Numbered from the stretch's first letter, positions 40,088 to 50,276 are shown. The stretch: DNA of 64,000 bases from Candidatus Eremiobacteria bacterium (GCA_963758295.1 CAVWUU010000004.1:288001-352000); one strand, 5' to 3'. The notes: generated by a model from the letters alone, not told the origin. Translations and numbers: made by a program.

Positions 40088-41020
40088 GTGAACGACGGAA
40101 AACTGAAGGTAGGCATCATCGGAGCCGGGTCGATGGGCACCCTGTTCGGATTCCATCTCGCGCAAACGTGCGACGTGACGATGCTCGACACGAACGACGA
40201 GTTACTGAGCGTTATCGAGCGCGAGGGCTTGAGCGTCAACGATGCGGATGCACGCAGAGTTGCCGTATCCCGCCGCCCGCGCGAACTCTACAATTCACAA
40301 GTGCTTTTTCTTTTCGTCAAGGCGGTTGACACGCTGCGCGCGTTGCGGCCCTTTGCCGGCGAGCTCAATCCGGCCACGCCGATCGTTTCGTTGCAAAACG
40401 GGGTGGGGAACGAAGATGCCATCAAGACGGCTCTCGGCGGAGCGGTGCCCGTGTTGCTCGGAATCACGACGGAGTCGTCGCTAACGACGGGTCCCGGACG
40501 CGTGCGCAGTTCCAAAGAAGGCAATACGATCCTCGGATCCACGTCGGCCGCGCCCGCCACGTCGCGCACGATCGCCGATCTGCTTACAAGCAGCGATCTG
40601 CGTACGTCGGTGGTCTATGACATCCGCCCGCATCTCTGGGGCAAGCTCGTGGCAAACGCGGCCATCAACGCCCTCTCGGCGCTGCTCGATTGCGACGCCG
40701 GCGACATCGTGAAGGATGCGAATGCGGCGCATTTGGCGGAAGCATTGGCGGAGGAAGCTGCTGCCGTTGCGTCTGCGTTAAAAATCAATCTTCCATTCGC
40801 GAATCCGTGGCAGTACGTGACCCAAGTTATCGCCGTCGGCGCCGACTCGCGCAGTTCGATGGCGTTCGACCTGCAATCCGGCCATCCGAGCGAAATCGAT
40901 CATATCAATGGCGCCGTCGTCGCCTTTGGCCGGCGCACCGGCGTGCCAACGCCGTACAACGACGCGATGGTTCGCCTGATCAAGTCGAAGGAGTCGCTCG
41001 CAGCCATAAACCGCAAATGA
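40088..41020 (+). CDS. panE: Ketopantoate reductase family protein
   Basis: IIGAGSMG, FVKA, SLQNG, WGKLVANAAIN, SSM, EIDHING. Confidence 0.9.
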   Translation: MNDGKLKVGIIGAGSMGTLFGFHLAQTCDVTMLDTNDELLSVIEREGLSVNDADARRVAVSRRPRELYNSQVLFLFVKAVDTLRALRPFAGELNPATPIVSLQNGVGNEDAIKTALGGAVPVLLGITTESSLTTGPGRVRSSKEGNTILGSTSAAPATSRTIADLLTSSDLRTSVVYDIRPHLWGKLVANAAINALSALLDCDAGDIVKDANAAHLAEALAEEAAAVASALKINLPFANPWQYVTQVIAVGADSRSSMAFDLQSGHPSEIDHINGAVVAFGRRTGVPTPYNDAMVRLIKSKESLAAINRK

Positions 41021-41538
41021 GCACCGTTCTTATTACCGACCGGCTGGTGCTGCGTCATTTGGAGCAACGAGACTTCGATTCGCTCTATGCGCTCTTCAAC
41101 GATCCGCAAGTAATGCGCTACTATCCTTCGACGCGCGATCGCAAAGAAACGCAGGCCTGGATGGACTGGGTTTTCGATCAATACGATCGATACGGGTACG
41201 GCCTTTTTGCGGTGGAACACGTGGATACCGGCGAGTTCGTCGGACAGGTCGGAATCATCCGCCAAGATTGGGACGGGCGCATCGATTTGGAAGTCGGGTA
41301 CATGCTGGCTCGAAAGTTTTGGGGCAACGGCTACGCCACCGAAGCCGCGCGCGCGGCGCGTGATTATGCCTTCGCACGCTTCCATCCCGATCGCGTCGTG
41401 TCGTTCATCCGGCCGGAAAACAAACGTTCGCAAGAAGTCGCCAAGCGCAACGGCATGCGCGTGTTGAATCGCATCAAACACCCGCGCTTGGGCTTGGACC
41501 TCGAGGTTTGGGGTTTGTACGCCAACACTGCGCGATGA
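41017..41538 (+). CDS. GNAT acetyltransferase (RimJ/RimL type)
   Basis: TDRLVLR, EVGY, WGNGYATEAA, PENKRS; ATGA overlap with panE. Confidence 0.9.
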   Translation: MSTVLITDRLVLRHLEQRDFDSLYALFNDPQVMRYYPSTRDRKETQAWMDWVFDQYDRYGYGLFAVEHVDTGEFVGQVGIIRQDWDGRIDLEVGYMLARKFWGNGYATEAARAARDYAFARFHPDRVVSFIRPENKRSQEVAKRNGMRVLNRIKHPRLGLDLEVWGLYANTAR

Positions 41539-42914
41539 GTGTTTTCTCCCTTGAGGCAATAGAGGCGATTGTCGGCGCCGGCGCCGTGCTGACAGGAGAA
41601 GATGCGTCGCCCTATCTCACCGATTGGCGCGGCGCTTTTCGCGGCAGTGCGCTCGCCGTAGTTCGTCCGTCGTCCACGCACACCGTCGCAGATGTCGTCC
41701 GCTATTGCGCGCAAACAGGAACGCCGGTCGTGCCGCAGGGCGGAAACACCGGCCTCGCGGCGGGCGCGACGCCTGCCGGCGTTCACAATGGCATCGTTCT
41801 AAGCTTGAGCCGCATGCGAACGGTCCGATCTCTGGACGCCGCCGGGAATACCATCGCTGTCGATGCAGGGTGCGTGCTGGCGGAAATCCAGAGTGCCGCA
41901 GCGGATGCGCAGCGTTACTTTCCTCTGTCGCTTGGGGCGGAAGGCTCCGCGCAAATCGGCGGCCTCATTTCGACTAATGCGGGCGGATCGGGCGTATTAC
42001 GCTACGGCACGATGCGCGCACTGGTTCTCGGCCTCGAAGTCGTTTTGCCGGACGGACGGATTGCGGACGGAATGCGCGCACTTCGCAAAGACAACGCCGG
42101 CTACGATTGGAAGCAACTGTTCATCGGCTCCGAAGGGACGCTCGGCATAATTACGGGCGCCGTGTTACGACTCTTTCCGGGTCTTTCGCAGAAGACGACG
42201 GCGCTGCTTGGCTTAAAGGCTCCGGACGACGCCATTGCGGCGTTCGCGTATCTCCAGAACAATCTTGGCGATACGCTTACCGCATGCGAGTTATTTAGCG
42301 ACAGGAGCGTAGCGCTGCGCTTGGCGCACGAACCGATGCTCGACTTTCCCATGAAGCGTCAAGCTTGGTATCTCTTGATCGAGGCTGCTTCGTCGTTATC
42401 CGCTTTAGAAGATGCGGCAGAGCGCGCATTCGGCGATCTTCTAGAGAAAGCTTTGGCCGGCGATTGCATCGTCGCGACTACAGCGAAACAAGCCGACGCA
42501 CTTTGGGAATGGCGTGAATCCATTCCCGAAACGGAAAAACGCACCGGCCGCAGTGCGAAGCACGACGTCTCGGTACCCATTTCGCAAATCGGCGCTTTCG
42601 TTGCAGAAGCGACGGCAGCGGTTGAAGGCGCTTTCCCCGGTGCGAACGTGCTGGCGTTCGGGCACATCGGCGACGGCAACGTTCACTTCAACGTGTTGCT
42701 TCCTCCGGAGGGAGTGACGCCGGAAGCAGTAAACGCGGTGGTCCACGGCATAGTCCGGACTTACCGCGGAAGCATAACGGCCGAGCACGGCATCGGCCGG
42801 TATCGCCGGGCCGAGCTCTGCGAACATCGTAGTCCCGTTGAAATGGACCTCATGCGGCAAATCAAGCGCGCCGTCGATCCCGATAATCTCATGAATCCCG
42901 GCGCCGTCCTTTAG
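41535..42914 (+). CDS. FAD-linked oxidoreductase (D-2-hydroxyacid dehydrogenase-like)
   Basis: PQGGNTGL, IGGLISTNAGG, GSEGTLGII, GHIGDGNVH, AEHGIG, DPDNLMNPG. Confidence 0.9.
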   Translation: MSVFSLEAIEAIVGAGAVLTGEDASPYLTDWRGAFRGSALAVVRPSSTHTVADVVRYCAQTGTPVVPQGGNTGLAAGATPAGVHNGIVLSLSRMRTVRSLDAAGNTIAVDAGCVLAEIQSAAADAQRYFPLSLGAEGSAQIGGLISTNAGGSGVLRYGTMRALVLGLEVVLPDGRIADGMRALRKDNAGYDWKQLFIGSEGTLGIITGAVLRLFPGLSQKTTALLGLKAPDDAIAAFAYLQNNLGDTLTACELFSDRSVALRLAHEPMLDFPMKRQAWYLLIEAASSLSALEDAAERAFGDLLEKALAGDCIVATTAKQADALWEWRESIPETEKRTGRSAKHDVSVPISQIGAFVAEATAAVEGAFPGANVLAFGHIGDGNVHFNVLLPPEGVTPEAVNAVVHGIVRTYRGSITAEHGIGRYRRAELCEHRSPVEMDLMRQIKRAVDPDNLMNPGAVL

Positions 42915-42928
42915 GCGTTTGAGGGCAC

Positions 42929-43279
42929 ATGCGAGTTAAACGAATCGTCGCCAATCTTTACACCGACAGCATTCGCGAGGCCCAAGCGTTCTATGAAGAG
43001 GTGCTCGGTCTCGAGGCGCTGATGGACCTTGGCTGGATTGCTACGTACGGCTCGGATGAAGCGATGCCGGCTCAAATCAGCTTCGCTTCGGAAGGCGGCT
43101 CCGGAACGCCGGTTCCCGACCTTTCGATCGAGGTCGACGACTTGGAAGAAGCAATCGCACGTATGCGAGAAGCCGGGATTCCGCTAGAATATGGTCCTGT
43201 AGACGAACCGTGGGGCGTGCGCCGGTTCTATGTGCGCGATCCGTTCGGGAAACTAGTGAACGTGCTCGCGCATCGATAG
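42929..43279 (+). CDS. VOC/glyoxalase family protein
   Basis: AFYEEVLGL, EPWGVRRFYVRDPFG. Confidence 0.9.
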   Translation: MRVKRIVANLYTDSIREAQAFYEEVLGLEALMDLGWIATYGSDEAMPAQISFASEGGSGTPVPDLSIEVDDLEEAIARMREAGIPLEYGPVDEPWGVRRFYVRDPFGKLVNVLAHR

Positions 43280-43318
43280 GGCAGAAGCGTATGCCGGCCA
43301 ATGCGACCGGAGGAAGAG

Positions 43319-43738
43319 ATGCGCGTGCTGTCGTTCGACCAGTTCCTGAGTCAGCCGGACGGAACCGTCTTCCAAATTCTGCATCGCGGCAAACCGCCCG
43401 GCACGCTGCTCGTGCGAGGCGTCGTCGCGCGTTACGACAAGATCGCGCGTTTCGTCGCCGCCGGTTTAACGCCCGATGAAAATCCGGGCGGCGCAAGCTA
43501 CCAATTTCCGCCCGCGAGCGGAGCCTTCACGTTCGAGTACTCCGAAGCCGACGACGTACGTTTTCTCATTTTGGAGCGCGACGATATTCGAACGTTGATC
43601 CACCTATTGCGCACGCCGCTCGATGCGCTTCACGCTTACGAACACGGCCATGCCGACGTCCCGCATCCGGCCGGTTGGAAAGTCTGTCATCCCATGATGT
43701 TCGAGCATCAGGTTTCTCGCCCTAAACAACACGCTTAG
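43319..43738 (+). CDS. Hypothetical protein
   Basis: SD GGAGG then ATG 43319; fills the gap; no recognisable family. Confidence 0.6.
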   Translation: MRVLSFDQFLSQPDGTVFQILHRGKPPGTLLVRGVVARYDKIARFVAAGLTPDENPGGASYQFPPASGAFTFEYSEADDVRFLILERDDIRTLIHLLRTPLDALHAYEHGHADVPHPAGWKVCHPMMFEHQVSRPKQHA

Positions 43739-43744
43739 AAAGCG

Positions 43745-44461
43745 TTAAGCTTGCGGAGCTAAACGCAGAAGGCGGATCGTGCCGCGTTTGGCTTCGATGT
43801 CGACGCCGTGTGAGCCGCCGCCGTTGACGTTGCCGTCGATCGTTTCGGAAGAGCCGTTCGACGTGCCCTTTAGGCCGAAATCACTGAAAAGCGTTCCGTC
43901 GTCCGTGTGCAGATGCACGTGGAATTTCGCGATCTCCGGAATGTAGACTTCGATATCGCCGTTACCGTTTGAGAATTTCAGGACGCCTGGCCATTCCGAT
44001 GCACCGAAGGTCACGGCGAGGTGTCCGGCTTGGGTCGCTGCTTGCGCGTATCCCGGAACCATAACGTGAACGTCGCCCGTTCCCGCGGAAACGGTCACGT
44101 TACCCGTCACGTCGGTGACGTTCACGGCTCCTTTTTTGGAAACGACGACAAGATCAACGCGGTCCGGAACGCGCACGAGCAATTGCGAGAGCGGATTTGG
44201 AGCACTGACGATGATGCCGGTGCCGGCGCGAGTAACTACAGGCGAAGCCGGCGCCGCCTGATTCGGCAGCGCGGTCGCGGCTACGGTGAACCGCGTCGCC
44301 GGTTCCCCAACGGCCGGTTTGTACGCGTTCAAATCCCCGTTGGTGATGTGAACCGTAAGCGTGCTTGATGGTTGGAGTTCGCCGGTCGTCGTCGTGTAGG
44401 GCGTCTGCGAGGAACAAGCGGCCAATGCCGCGGCGAGGATGAACGGCGCAAGTCTTTTCAC
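43745..44461 (-). CDS. Lipoprotein with DUF4097/adhesin-like beta-solenoid
   Basis: GTG 44461; lipobox LAAC; repeated xxGx(V/I/L)xV units (TNGDL, KKGAV, GTGDV, GNGDI). Confidence 0.75.
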   Translation of the reverse strand: MKRLAPFILAAALAACSSQTPYTTTTGELQPSSTLTVHITNGDLNAYKPAVGEPATRFTVAATALPNQAAPASPVVTRAGTGIIVSAPNPLSQLLVRVPDRVDLVVVSKKGAVNVTDVTGNVTVSAGTGDVHVMVPGYAQAATQAGHLAVTFGASEWPGVLKFSNGNGDIEVYIPEIAKFHVHLHTDDGTLFSDFGLKGTSNGSSETIDGNVNGGGSHGVDIEAKRGTIRLLRLAPQA

Positions 44462-44462
44462 G

Positions 44463-45392
44463 TTAGCGGTCTTCGGTGCGATCTCTCGGATGAGCCTCTT
44501 CGTAGCTGCGGCGCATGTGCTCCAATGAGACGTTTGTATAAATCTGCGTGGTCGAGAGGCTCTCATGCCCCAGCAGCTCCTTGATCGTCATCAAGTCGGC
44601 GCCGTTCTCGAGCAAGTGGGTTGCGAACGAATGGCGCATTACGTGTGGAGTCACGTGTTTCGTGAGACCCGAAAGCTCCGCGTACTGCCGGAAGATGACC
44701 CAGGCTTGCCGGTGTGAAAGCCGCGTCTTCCGCCGCGATAGGAACAGCGCTTCGTCCGGGGTTCGCGGTCGCACTCCCAAATAATTTCGTACCGCATCAG
44801 CGCTGGCTTGATTGATGAATACCGTGCGTTGCTTGTTGCCCTTGCCGATTACGCGCATCAAGCGACGATCGAGATCGACGTCGCTGATATTCAAGCCTAC
44901 GAGTTCCGCCCGTCGAATTCCGCTTGCATACAACAGCTCCATGATGGCGGTATCGCGCAAGCGCTGAAAGTCGGTCTTGCCCGAAATGCGCGTACGCAGC
45001 AACTTCGCAACTTCGGGCTCCGACATCACGTGAGGAAGTCGCTTTCCGGCCTTCGGCGGAGGAACGTCTTGCGCCGGATTGTCGCTACGACGTCCTTCGC
45101 GCTTCTGCAACGAGAAATACGAACGCAGCGCGGCAATCTTCCGTCGCACCGATGTAGCCGTATACTTTCGCGGCCCCATGAGCTCCATGACGAAGCGGCG
45201 CACGTCGGACGTTGTCGTTGAGGAAAGCTTGAGAAACGGCGCCGTCTTCGGATGGCCGGGCTCTAAAAATTCGCCGAAGAGTTCGATATCTCGCGCGTAT
45301 TCTTCCGACGTGCGCGGCGATTGGCCGCGCTCGAGGCGCAGATAGGCAGCGAATTCCGCGATCGTCGGATCGGCGGGGATAAACGAACTCAT
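44463..45392 (-). CDS. XerC/XerD-family tyrosine recombinase
   Basis: LLYASGIRRAEL, GKGNKQR, PHVMRHSFATHLL, LGH, TTQIYT: catalytic residues intact. Confidence 0.93.
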   Translation of the reverse strand: MSSFIPADPTIAEFAAYLRLERGQSPRTSEEYARDIELFGEFLEPGHPKTAPFLKLSSTTTSDVRRFVMELMGPRKYTATSVRRKIAALRSYFSLQKREGRRSDNPAQDVPPPKAGKRLPHVMSEPEVAKLLRTRISGKTDFQRLRDTAIMELLYASGIRRAELVGLNISDVDLDRRLMRVIGKGNKQRTVFINQASADAVRNYLGVRPRTPDEALFLSRRKTRLSHRQAWVIFRQYAELSGLTKHVTPHVMRHSFATHLLENGADLMTIKELLGHESLSTTQIYTNVSLEHMRRSYEEAHPRDRTEDR

Positions 45393-48212
45393 TTACCCTT
45401 CAGCTACGACGGAAGCGGCGGCTGACCTACCCGTTAGAGGCGAGGAAAAATGCGTTTTAAGCTCACCGATCGAGCGCGGCTGCGAGAAGAAGAAGCCTTG
45501 CGCGTAATCGACACCCACCGAGCGCAAGAGTTCAAACTCCTCGTACGTTTCCACACCTTCGGCTACGGTAAAGAGGTCGAGCGTCTTAGCGAGCATCACG
45601 ATCGTGCGCATGATTTCGAGCGCTTGCGGATTGCGGCCAAGCGGTATGATGAACGAGCGGTCGATTTTAACTCCGCTGATCGGAAGGCGCTGCAGATAGC
45701 TCAGCGAGGAATGGCCGACGCCGAAATCGTCGACGACGATCGAGAACCCACGTGCTCGCAACCGCTCGAGGACCATTAAAGAAAGTTCCGCGTCTTCCAT
45801 GACGGCCGTCTCGGTGATTTCCACTCGCAGGGCCGCCGGCGTCAAACCGTGCTCGCGAAGGGCGAATTCCATGTCGTCGATGAGGTTGGCGCGCGTTAGG
45901 TCGGCGGCCGAAACGTTGACGCCGATGCGGGCGTTAGGAACGGCTTCGAGTAATTCGCCCGCTTCGGCGCACACGCGATCCAAGAGCGCCGCATCGATTG
46001 GGTGTAAGAGCCCCGATTGTTCTGCGACGCCGATGAAGTCGCCGGCACCTACGATGCCATATCCCGGGCGATACCAGCGTGCTAAGGCTTCAAAAGAAGC
46101 GACACTTCCGTCGTGCACGCTAACGATCGTCTGATAGTACGGCACGATCTCGCGGCGCTCGACCGCCCCGCGAAGATCCGCCTCGAGTTCCAGCTGCTCC
46201 GACATCCGGCTGCGCAACGTACGATCGAATAGCGCGTATCGCGAACGGCCGCTGCGCTTGGCTTGATACATCGAGATGTCGGCGTCGCGCAACACCGACT
46301 CGGCGTTCGCGTAGGTTTCATCGATGACGACGATACCGATAGACGCGCCCGTGTAAGCTTCACGATCGCCTAAAAAGAATGGACGGCGGAACTCGTCGAG
46401 GATGAGCTCCGCGGTCGCGGTTGCGTCCGCAATGACGTCGCCGTTAGAAGGAAGGAGAAGCACGAATTCATCGCCGCCAAGGCGTGCCGTCAGAACGTGC
46501 GCCGGCAGCGCGTCATGCATCCGGTGTGAAATGGAGCGCAGCAACGCGTCGCCGGCATTGTGGCCAAGTGTGTCGTTCACAACGTAAAACCGGTCTAGGT
46601 CCAAGAAGAGGACCGCATATTGAAGACCCGGTTCGCCGGCCCGCCGATTCAAGATATCGCGGAGTTGATCGAAGAAAAACGCGCGGTTGGGAAGGCCGGT
46701 CAGCGCATCGTGATACGCGGCAGCGCGCAGCTGCTCTTCGGCATCGATACGCGTCGCAATCTCGCTTTGGAGTTCCGTGCGCTGCAATTTCAGGCGCGCG
46801 GCATAGCGCCGTGCCCGGTACGTCGTCGTCAGGAACGCGAGCATTGCTGCGGCGACGCCCCAGATCGCTACGATGGTCGCCGCCAAGTCGACCAACAATT
46901 CACGGCGTTCTGCAAGGGAGGCCGAGGCATCGGATGAGAGCTCGAGCGCCCACGGCGTCAACGGAATCGCCGCTGAGATCGAAGTCCGCGCACTGCCCGT
47001 GAGCCGCGGCCCCGAAGCCAGGACCGTCGTGCGGCCCGACTTCACGGCAAATCGATCGCCCGCGATACGCGAGGCGCGCAGGACGTTCATGATCGCTGCG
47101 CCTCGAGAGTCAACGCTGACGACGGCAACGAGCCGCGTCCCGTCGTAAATACCTTTAACGGCGCTGATATACGTAACGCCGCGTTCAACGTAGGGCGCCG
47201 TGAATACGGTCCGGCCGTATCCCTCGGCGCCTTCACGGTACCAGCCGAGTTTCGGATAGTCGTAATTGGCTTCGGTATTATGGCGCAGCGTTAGCGGGCC
47301 GCCCATCATGAAGGCGTACGGGCCGAACAAATTGGATTTCGCGTCGAAGACGTGCGGCGCGTAGAATACGCCCGCGCCAAGGACGTAACGATGATCGGCC
47401 GCATGGACCAATCCGGAAAGCAGCCGCTCCGCGAGGGCGCGGTCTCCCCGGACCGGCCCGATTAACTCCGCCGCAATGCGCGCGAACTGCGCGTCGCTCT
47501 GAACGTATTCCGAGAGCGTTCCGAGAACGTGGTGCAAGCGCCCCTCATCGCTCGCTGCGGTCTGCGTCTGCATCGCGCTAAGGCGTCCCCGAATCGTGAA
47601 ACCGACGACCGCCGTGGCAAAGATTGCCACCAGCACGATAATCGCGGCCGCGTACCAGGGATAGCGAATTGGCGACGACACAAGGTGGCGCGCCCGTTGA
47701 TTTTGCAGCGCGATGGCCAAGTAGCGGGCAACGGCTTCGACGACCTGGACGTCGTCGCGATAAAACTGACCGGCCTGCTCGTGCTGGACTGAGAGCACGC
47801 CAAGCACTTTCGCGCCATGGACGATCGGCACGTACATGGCGGATACGGCATCGGCCTTGCTGTCCACACTGCCGTCGGCGAAGTGCAACGCGTACTCGGG
47901 CTCGCCGATCCAGTCGTCGGGCTCACTCATAACGATGGTTTGGCCGGTCCGAAACACGCGGCCGACGCGCGAGCCCTCGGGCATGGGATCGCCGCGATGT
48001 TCCAGACGGTGTCCACGCCGAGTCAGACATTCGATCCGGATGACGCCGTCATCGGCGGGCAACGCCACGTAGACGGTCCCCTGGAACGCGATGGCAATAG
48101 CGTCGCAGAGCCGCTCGATAAGAACGTCTAAGGGATAGTCTGCCGCGAGTAATGCTGCCGAATTTGAAAGCAGCTCGCGATTCCGTTCAGCCCGCGAACC
48201 AACCACTCGCAC
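45393..48212 (-). CDS. GAF-TM-Cache-TM-GGDEF-EAL c-di-GMP enzyme
   Basis: HDALTGLPNR, RLGGDEF, FEALARW, EITE, DDFGVGHSS, AEGVET, QGFFF; Cache-like WY...FTAPY between two TMs. Confidence 0.92.
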   Translation of the reverse strand: MRVVGSRAERNRELLSNSAALLAADYPLDVLIERLCDAIAIAFQGTVYVALPADDGVIRIECLTRRGHRLEHRGDPMPEGSRVGRVFRTGQTIVMSEPDDWIGEPEYALHFADGSVDSKADAVSAMYVPIVHGAKVLGVLSVQHEQAGQFYRDDVQVVEAVARYLAIALQNQRARHLVSSPIRYPWYAAAIIVLVAIFATAVVGFTIRGRLSAMQTQTAASDEGRLHHVLGTLSEYVQSDAQFARIAAELIGPVRGDRALAERLLSGLVHAADHRYVLGAGVFYAPHVFDAKSNLFGPYAFMMGGPLTLRHNTEANYDYPKLGWYREGAEGYGRTVFTAPYVERGVTYISAVKGIYDGTRLVAVVSVDSRGAAIMNVLRASRIAGDRFAVKSGRTTVLASGPRLTGSARTSISAAIPLTPWALELSSDASASLAERRELLVDLAATIVAIWGVAAAMLAFLTTTYRARRYAARLKLQRTELQSEIATRIDAEEQLRAAAYHDALTGLPNRAFFFDQLRDILNRRAGEPGLQYAVLFLDLDRFYVVNDTLGHNAGDALLRSISHRMHDALPAHVLTARLGGDEFVLLLPSNGDVIADATATAELILDEFRRPFFLGDREAYTGASIGIVVIDETYANAESVLRDADISMYQAKRSGRSRYALFDRTLRSRMSEQLELEADLRGAVERREIVPYYQTIVSVHDGSVASFEALARWYRPGYGIVGAGDFIGVAEQSGLLHPIDAALLDRVCAEAGELLEAVPNARIGVNVSAADLTRANLIDDMEFALREHGLTPAALRVEITETAVMEDAELSLMVLERLRARGFSIVVDDFGVGHSSLSYLQRLPISGVKIDRSFIIPLGRNPQALEIMRTIVMLAKTLDLFTVAEGVETYEEFELLRSVGVDYAQGFFFSQPRSIGELKTHFSSPLTGRSAAASVVAEG

Positions 48213-48268
48213 GATACTTCAACGCGATTCGCGTCATCCCTCAGTAGCCGGGTAATTCGGCCGCAAAC

Positions 48269-48364
48269 TTATCCGAACGGCTTCTCCACAGCACCTTTCA
48301 CATCACCAAATCAGTGTTTGTGGATATTAGGCCGCCTGTGGAGAAAGGTGGGTTGATCTCCACA
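48269..48364. promoter_or_regulatory. Cluster of DnaA-box-like 9-mers
   Basis: TTCTCCACA (+48282), ATATCCACA (-48319), TTCTCCACA (-48337), ATCTCCACA (+48356); weaker TTATCCGAA (+48269) and CCTTTCACA (+48294). Consensus is TTATCCACA. Confidence 0.6.
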
Positions 48365-48379
48365 ACGGTACGATGTCGC

Positions 48380-49627
48380 GTGGCTTCGATCGGGACGATT
48401 GCGGTTTGGGCGATTGCCGCATTCGCAATCCTGGGAATTCTTCTGCGCCCATGGCGATTGCCGGAATGGGTTTGGGCCGGGGGCGCCGCGGTGCTGCTTG
48501 TCGTCACGCGACTTTTGGATTGGCACGGGGCGCTCGCGGCCATCGCGCGTGGTCTCAGCGTGTACGCGTTCCTGACCGGCATCATGATGTTGGCCGAAAT
48601 CGCGCGGCACGAACGCGTGTTCGATTGGGTTGCCGACATGATGCTTCGGGCGGCGCGTGGGTCCCGGCGGCGATTGTTGGGCCTCGTCTTCGGCACCGGT
48701 ACGCTTGTGACCGCGTTGCTTTCCAACGACACGACGGTGGTGGTGTTAACCCCGGCCGTCTTCGCTGCACTCTCGAGGACCGACGCGGATCCGTTACCGT
48801 TCCTTTATGCCTGCGCGTTCGTCGCGAACGCGGCGTCGTTCGTGCTGCCCTTTTCCAACCCCGCGAACTTAGTGATCTTCGGTCATGCCCTGCCGTCGCT
48901 CCAGGCGTGGTTCGGTGCGTTCGCCCTGCCGGCGGCCGGCGGTCTCGTCGTGACGTATCTGGCCCTGCGCCTTGCCTCCGGCCGCGCCGTCCGCGGCGTC
49001 TATACGATGGCGCCGGCGACCGTGAAAGTGGATGCCCGGGTGCGCCTGGCCGCCTTCGCGGTGGGGTTCGGCGCGGCGGGTCTAGTCGTGGCGGCGCTCT
49101 TTCATTTGAACCTTGGCGGCGCCGCCATAATAGCGGCGGTTCTCGCCCTCGTATTGACCGCCCTTACCGATCGCACCGCGCCGAGGGCCGTTGTGGCGCA
49201 CGTCGCCTGGGGCGTGATTCCGATGGTTGCCGGGCTCTTTGTCATCGTCCAGGCGCTGAGCGCGGCGGGTACGACCGGTGCGGTAAGGCACCTCTTCGCG
49301 ATGGCCTCGCATCTCGGTGCGGCGCCGGGAAATCTCTTGATCGGCGCCGTGGTAACGATCGCCGACTGCCTCTTCAATAATCTGCCCGTCGCGCTCGCGA
49401 GCGGATACGCCCTCCAATCCACCGCCGTGCCGCAACATCTAACGAATGCCACCCTCATTGCCGTCGATCTCGGTCCGAACCTTGCCGTGACCGGGTCCTT
49501 GGCTACCTTGCTTTGGCTCATCGCCTTACGGCGTGCCGGCATCGAAGTGACGGCCTGGCATTTTCTTCGCCTCGGCGCCGTCGTCGTTACCCCTGCGTTA
49601 ATAGCGGCGATGCTGTTGGTACGATGA
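48380..49627 (+). CDS. ArsB/NhaD-family membrane transporter; start approximate
   Basis: Many TMs; LLSNDTT, ANAASFVLPFSNPANL, NNLP, DLGPNL..TGSLATLLW. Confidence 0.88.
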   Translation: MASIGTIAVWAIAAFAILGILLRPWRLPEWVWAGGAAVLLVVTRLLDWHGALAAIARGLSVYAFLTGIMMLAEIARHERVFDWVADMMLRAARGSRRRLLGLVFGTGTLVTALLSNDTTVVVLTPAVFAALSRTDADPLPFLYACAFVANAASFVLPFSNPANLVIFGHALPSLQAWFGAFALPAAGGLVVTYLALRLASGRAVRGVYTMAPATVKVDARVRLAAFAVGFGAAGLVVAALFHLNLGGAAIIAAVLALVLTALTDRTAPRAVVAHVAWGVIPMVAGLFVIVQALSAAGTTGAVRHLFAMASHLGAAPGNLLIGAVVTIADCLFNNLPVALASGYALQSTAVPQHLTNATLIAVDLGPNLAVTGSLATLLWLIALRRAGIEVTAWHFLRLGAVVVTPALIAAMLLVR

Positions 49628-49631
49628 ATCC

Positions 49632-50276
49632 ATGCGCATCCTCGTTCTCGGAGCGAGCGGCGGTACGGGTCGCGAGATCGTCCGCCAAGCTCTAATTCGC
49701 GGCGATTTGGAAGTCACGGCGTTCGTTCGCGATCCCTCGAGCCTTGAGCCGGCGTCCAGACTGCGAGTCATCCAGGGCGATGCCCTTTCCGAAGAGGCGG
49801 TCCGCGACGCGGTCGCCGGGCAAGAGGCCGTGCTCTCCGCCTTGGGCGGCCGGAATACCGCAAACGCCGACCTTCTTCAAACGGCGATTTCGAACGTAAT
49901 CACGGCGATGCGCGCGCACGCAATCAACCGGCTCATCGTCCTCGGAGCGGCCGGTGCGGCAGACATGAACGAAGCGCTGCAACACCAGAACGTCGGAACG
50001 AAAGTCGTGTTCCGCACCGTCGCTGCTACGGTACTCTCAGGGCCGATGCACGATCACGCCGCGCAAGAACGGCTCATTCGAGACAGCGATCTCGACTTCA
50101 CGATCGTGCACGCCGCGCGCTTGAACGACGATTCGGCCACGGGCAATTATCGTGTCGAAGAGGACGGGCTGCCGGCCGGCGCAACCGTAATCTCGCGTTC
50201 CAGCGTCGCGGAGTTCATGCTCGACCAGCTGGATACGCGAAAATACGTGCGCAAAGCGCCCTACATAGGCGCTTAG
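49632..50276 (+). CDS. NAD(P)-binding oxidoreductase (flavin reductase/BVR-B-like)
   Basis: VLGASGGTG, TAFVRDP, ISRSSVAEFML. Confidence 0.88.
   Translation: MRILVLGASGGTGREIVRQALIRGDLEVTAFVRDPSSLEPASRLRVIQGDALSEEAVRDAVAGQEAVLSALGGRNTANADLLQTAISNVITAMRAHAINRLIVLGAAGAADMNEALQHQNVGTKVVFRTVAATVLSGPMHDHAAQERLIRDSDLDFTIVHAARLNDDSATGNYRVEEDGLPAGATVISRSSVAEFMLDQLDTRKYVRKAPYIGA

Noticed and set aside
44463..45392. Integrase of a prophage or genomic island
   Set aside because: Size and motifs are XerC/D-like; no att repeats, tRNA or phage genes are visible.
48269..48364. oriC
   Set aside because: No dnaA/dnaN nearby, no AT-rich unwinding element, and no evident strand-bias switch; kept only as a box cluster.
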